Shown here one piece after another: positions 28,566 to 31,869 of a stretch of 31,869 nt of DNA. This stretch comes from Myxococcales bacterium. Its GTDB lineage: Bacteria; Myxococcota_A; UBA9042; PHBI01; JAAZYN01. The DNA lies in assembly GCA_014239625.1 (NCBI GenBank), contig JAAZYN010000001.1, positions 1 through 31,869 on the forward strand, given 5' to 3'. Both the position numbers and the translations under genes were made by a program. Position 1 is the first letter of the stretch. Every line of letters begins with the position of its first letter. The notes beneath the pieces are model-generated. The model was not told where the DNA came from and made no database searches. It was given only the letters and a program-made list of their open reading frames with translations.

Positions 28566-28643
28566 TGAGGGAGGGGCCACGCTGATGCCGCTTTCTGTCC
28601 CCAGGCAGCGGCGCCGCGCCACGGGGCGTGGTTCCTCCTCTCA
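28566..28643 (+). ncRNA. Candidate structured 5' leader of the scaffold-capsid operon
   Basis: Outer stem GAGGGAGGGGCCACGC / GCGTGGTTCCTCCTCTC with G.U pairs; inner stem GCCGCT/AGCGGC; ends 14 nt before the GAGGT RBS. Confidence 0.4.
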
Positions 28644-28667
28644 TGTTTCACATTCACGAGGTAGCAG

Positions 28668-29789
28668 ATGACGATTTTTCACGACCCTTCCGACCCGCTG
28701 TTCGGTGACCTCATGGCTGACGACGATGGCCAGGGCGACACGGAGCAGGGAAATGTCGGTGGGGACCAGGCGAGCGGCGACGACACCGGCGGGGGTGGCG
28801 GCGCTACTGAGGTTGAACTCGACCCGGAGTTTTCTGTCGCTGGCACGGATACCGACGATGGTGCTGGCTCCGGTGGCGGGGAGACCGACGAGCTTGTCGA
28901 ACTCCTCGCGACGACCGACAGCGTTAAGGACGAGGCGGAGCGCACACGCATCCGCAAAGCTCTGACCAAGTTCGGCCGTCGCGACGAGAGTTACCGCACC
29001 CTCCGGAAAGCGCTGAACCTGAAAGACGGCGACGACGCGGGCACGGTCGTGGCCGGGCTGCTCAGGAGCCAGCGCGAGCACGGGGAGATGAAGACGTTAC
29101 TGGCCAAGAATCCGGGTATCCGGCGCATGCTTGACGGCGGCGCTGGTCCGACCTCGGCTGACGACACATCTTCACGGTCGACGAAGGGGAGCCCGCGCAC
29201 GAAGTTCGATCGAACCAAGTTGCCGTTCCACACTGAGGATGCGTCTGGACGATTCTTCGCCGACATGGCGGAGGAGCAGCACACTCTGCGACAGGACATC
29301 ACCGCGTTCATGGACGAGCTGAAGGGCTCGATGGGCGAGCTGAAGAGTGGCCAGGCGGCAAGCGCACGGCGGGTGCGGCAGGATGAGAACACCCGCACGC
29401 TGACGGCGTTCAGGGCCGAGTCAGAGGCCATCGCCAGCAAGCTCATCGACAAGAACGGACTGCCAGTCGACGCACAGGGTCAGCAGTTGTTTCTGGAGGT
29501 CATGGGCTCGCAGTCGGACGCGCGTCACAGGCACTCGACGAAGGCCATCGCACGCCACTGGATTGACAAGGCGGGATGGCGGGTGGCCCGTCAGCCAGTG
29601 GCGACGAAGCAGGCCGCATCGAGAGCTGCATCCAAGGGTCGGACGGTTCGAGCTAACCAGAATACCGGCGAACGATCGCGAGGGGGGACGCCCGCAGGGG
29701 CCGCACCGCAGCGCGAGAAGGGCGGTGGTCTCGCAGCCGTGGAGAAGAAAATCCGCGAGCAGGGCGACCGCATCTTTGCAGGCCGGTAG
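28668..29789 (+). CDS. Putative capsid scaffolding protein
   Basis: Acidic disordered N-terminus, coiled-coil middle and basic C-terminus; lies between portal and capsid genes. Confidence 0.7.
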   Translation: MTIFHDPSDPLFGDLMADDDGQGDTEQGNVGGDQASGDDTGGGGGATEVELDPEFSVAGTDTDDGAGSGGGETDELVELLATTDSVKDEAERTRIRKALTKFGRRDESYRTLRKALNLKDGDDAGTVVAGLLRSQREHGEMKTLLAKNPGIRRMLDGGAGPTSADDTSSRSTKGSPRTKFDRTKLPFHTEDASGRFFADMAEEQHTLRQDITAFMDELKGSMGELKSGQAASARRVRQDENTRTLTAFRAESEAIASKLIDKNGLPVDAQGQQLFLEVMGSQSDARHRHSTKAIARHWIDKAGWRVARQPVATKQAASRAASKGRTVRANQNTGERSRGGTPAGAAPQREKGGGLAAVEKKIREQGDRIFAGR

Positions 29790-29800
29790 GAGCTAAGACA

Positions 29801-31081
29801 ATGCCCGGATCAGACCTCACACAATGGGACCCGTTGTTCAAGGACGACTACGCCCCAGCCATCATCGACGAGCTGAATAAGGAGAACGTCATTCTCCAGT
29901 TCATGACGTCTGAAACGCCGGACGACACCTGGGTCGGTCGGCAGAAGATCATTCCAACAAAGGTCGGCCGCAACTGGTCGGTCGGGTCGATCGGTGCCGG
30001 CGGCGCGTTGCCGAACGCCGGGCGGTCGGCGTACGTCGACTTCAAGGTGCCGATGCGCGACACCTACGGTCGCGTCGGGTTCGAGCGCTACGTCATCGAG
30101 CAGTCGAGCAACTCGAAGGGGTCCTGGCAGCAGGTTATGCCCCAGGAGATGCGCGGCCTGGTCGAAGACCTGGCATTCTCTCGGAACCGGATGGCCTGGA
30201 GCTACGGCGAAGGCGTCCTGGCGCTCGTCAACGGTGCCCAGACGGCCGACACCACCATCGAGGTGGACGCGCCGGGCAACGTGGCCGGCTCCATCATGGG
30301 CAACCGCTACCTCTACGGCGACTCGACGTCGGGCATGCAAGTGGCCTTCATCGACTCATCGGATGCCGTTCAGGGAACCGGTGTCATTAACAGCGTGCCG
30401 GCGGCTGGCACGACGGTGGTCAGCGATACGGCCATCACCTGTGACGACAACGCCAAGATCGTGCTGGCGCAGACGCCGACGCAGAACAGTCTCGACAAGG
30501 AGCCCGAGGGCATCCTGGCCGGGATTGACGACGGCACCTACGTCGGGACGTACCACAACATCAGCCGGACCACGTACCCGATCATGCAGAGCTACGTCGT
30601 CAGCTCCGTGGGCACGTTGTCGCTCGATGCGATTCAGCAGCCGATCGACGCGGTGAGCATCCAGGTCGGTAAGGGCATCGATTTCTTCGCGTGTGAACAC
30701 GCGGTGCGTCGAGCCTACCTCGTGCTGTTGGAAACCGACCGGCGTTACACCGGTGCAGACCTGTCGAGCCCGGATGGAGGCACGTCGGCCGCCAAGAAGC
30801 CGACCGGCAAGACCATCTCCTACGGCGATATTCCGATGTGCGTCGACCGAGATGCGCCGTACGGCATGTTGTTCGGTATCAACAAGGCGTCGTGGGTCCG
30901 CTACGTGATGAGCGAGGGGACCTGGGCGGCTGACGAGGGACACGTCCTGAAGTGGGTGAGCGGCTACGACCAGTGGACCGCGTTCTACTACATTCTCGAC
31001 AACTTCCACTGTCAGAAGCCGAACTGCAACTTCCGCATGGAAGGCATCGACGTCAACCAGATCACGGTTCACAGCTACTAG
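29801..31081 (+). CDS. Major capsid protein (HK97 fold, with a probable insertion domain)
   Basis: AGGAG RBS; E-loop-like IIPTKVGRN...GGALP.AG; M..L..DL...RNR...S.G.G.LA spine helix; GILAGIDDG.Y.G..NISR..YP; YGDIP..VDRDAP.G C-terminal strand. Confidence 0.88.
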   Translation: MPGSDLTQWDPLFKDDYAPAIIDELNKENVILQFMTSETPDDTWVGRQKIIPTKVGRNWSVGSIGAGGALPNAGRSAYVDFKVPMRDTYGRVGFERYVIEQSSNSKGSWQQVMPQEMRGLVEDLAFSRNRMAWSYGEGVLALVNGAQTADTTIEVDAPGNVAGSIMGNRYLYGDSTSGMQVAFIDSSDAVQGTGVINSVPAAGTTVVSDTAITCDDNAKIVLAQTPTQNSLDKEPEGILAGIDDGTYVGTYHNISRTTYPIMQSYVVSSVGTLSLDAIQQPIDAVSIQVGKGIDFFACEHAVRRAYLVLLETDRRYTGADLSSPDGGTSAAKKPTGKTISYGDIPMCVDRDAPYGMLFGINKASWVRYVMSEGTWAADEGHVLKWVSGYDQWTAFYYILDNFHCQKPNCNFRMEGIDVNQITVHSY

Positions 31082-31102
31082 AGCTGAACCGCTCTGGCGT
31101 GT

Positions 31103-31145
31103 TTCACAGCGTGGTGAATGGCCCAGCGATGCCGGTCGCTGGGCC
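31103..31145 (+). other. Tandem hairpins after the capsid gene (no U-tract)
   Basis: TTCAC/GTGAA (31103-31118) and a perfect 10-bp stem GGCCCAGCGA/TCGCTGGGCC (31120-31145). Confidence 0.5.
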
Positions 31146-31194
31146 CACCCGCTCCCATCACAACTGAAGACCGGCAGGGAAGAGGGCCAGACAC

Positions 31195-31869
31195 ATGGCG
31201 CTTGGCGACAGTTACTCATATCCGACCGGCGTGGCCGACGTTCACGACCTCACGCCAGGGAACCGCGCGGGCAACAAGCTGACGCCCGAGACGGCGGTCG
31301 TCTGCGTGAACCGAGGGTCGGAGACCATCAGCGACACGTTCGACGCGGACCACTACGAGATTCCGCCGGGGCTCGTGAAGATGCCCTACGGCGCCGCGCT
31401 GCACTTCCAGCGCCGGCTGATTGTGCCGGGGACGCGCAGTCCCATCGACGGCACGCACATCTCCTTCATCGGCATCGTCGGCATCGACAAGGACCGGAAC
31501 TGCGAACCACTGACCGAGGCGGAGCTGCTCGCGGCGGGCCAGTCCGTCGAGGCGCTCGATCGCGGGCTCATGTCCGGGTCGGACGGCGACGTCCAGACGC
31601 TCACGGTGGCGTCTGAGCGCGGTCGCATGCCGGGCCAGGCGGCTGGACGCGTCAAGGCCCAACTCGACACCAGTCAGCAGGCGTCTGAGGTCGCAGCCGA
31701 TGCCGTGGCCGAGGCGCTCAGGCCGCTCGACGAAACCGAAACGTTCGCGCACGAGGCGCTCACCGAGGCGGCTGGCGACGGCGCGCTCGACGCGGCTATC
31801 GCGGCGGCGGTGAAGAGGGTGGAAGACGAAGACGCAGGCGAGGACCCAGCGAAGTGGACCACGCAGTTG
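31195..31869 (+). CDS. 3'-truncated probable virion structural protein (not in the supplied track)
   Basis: ATG 31195 after GAAGAGGG; open for 225 codons to the window end (MALGDSYSYPTGVADVHDLTPGNRAGNKLTPETAVVCVNRG...); directly downstream of the capsid gene. Confidence 0.75.
   Translation, partial: MALGDSYSYPTGVADVHDLTPGNRAGNKLTPETAVVCVNRGSETISDTFDADHYEIPPGLVKMPYGAALHFQRRLIVPGTRSPIDGTHISFIGIVGIDKDRNCEPLTEAELLAAGQSVEALDRGLMSGSDGDVQTLTVASERGRMPGQAAGRVKAQLDTSQQASEVAADAVAEALRPLDETETFAHEALTEAAGDGALDAAIAAAVKRVEDEDAGEDPAKWTTQL

Larger units (their letters stand above)
1..31869 (+). mobile_element. Tailed bacteriophage genome segment; both ends run out of the window
   Basis: Terminase large subunit, portal, scaffold, HK97-type capsid, endolysin and phage recombination/replication genes are all co-oriented, and no host housekeeping genes are present. 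Free phage versus prophage cannot be decided because no integrase or att site is visible. Confidence 0.95.

Noticed and set aside
1-31869. Stop-codon reassignment (alternative genetic code)
   Set aside because: TAA, TAG and TGA all terminate genes at sensible, often overlapping junctions, and the long genes are intact in the standard code.

Overview
The whole window is a continuous piece of a high-GC tailed-phage (Caudoviricetes-type) genome. All credible genes lie on the + strand, and many are linked by ATGA/GTGA/TTGA stop-start overlaps. Gene order: (1) a 5'-truncated giant polyvalent protein (at least 3282 aa; probable virion-ejected protein) with ART-like, SF2/Strawberry-notch helicase, N6-adenine methyltransferase, HExxH metallopeptidase and LPD38-like domains; (2) a 106-bp ungapped imperfect palindrome; (3) a lysis cassette (membrane protein, holin-like protein, peptidase M15 endolysin); (4) an early/regulatory/replication block (Cro-like HTH, DnaJ-type Zn finger, Rad52-like annealing protein with a DDIPF tail, initiator C-terminal domain, GroES homologue, PD-(D/E)xK nuclease, metallopeptidase, winged HTH); (5) packaging genes, with the TerS-like HTH gene separated from TerL by a clan GH-A glycoside-hydrolase-like gene and a candidate structured RNA; (6) an accessory cassette between TerL and portal (holin-like protein, alpha/beta hydrolase, Acb2/Tad1-like sponge candidate); (7) portal, scaffold, major capsid protein and a 3'-truncated structural gene. 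I found no integrase, cI-type divergent repressor, DNA polymerase, tRNA or CRISPR array in the window. Family assignments come from motif recognition by eye and have not been checked by database searches.
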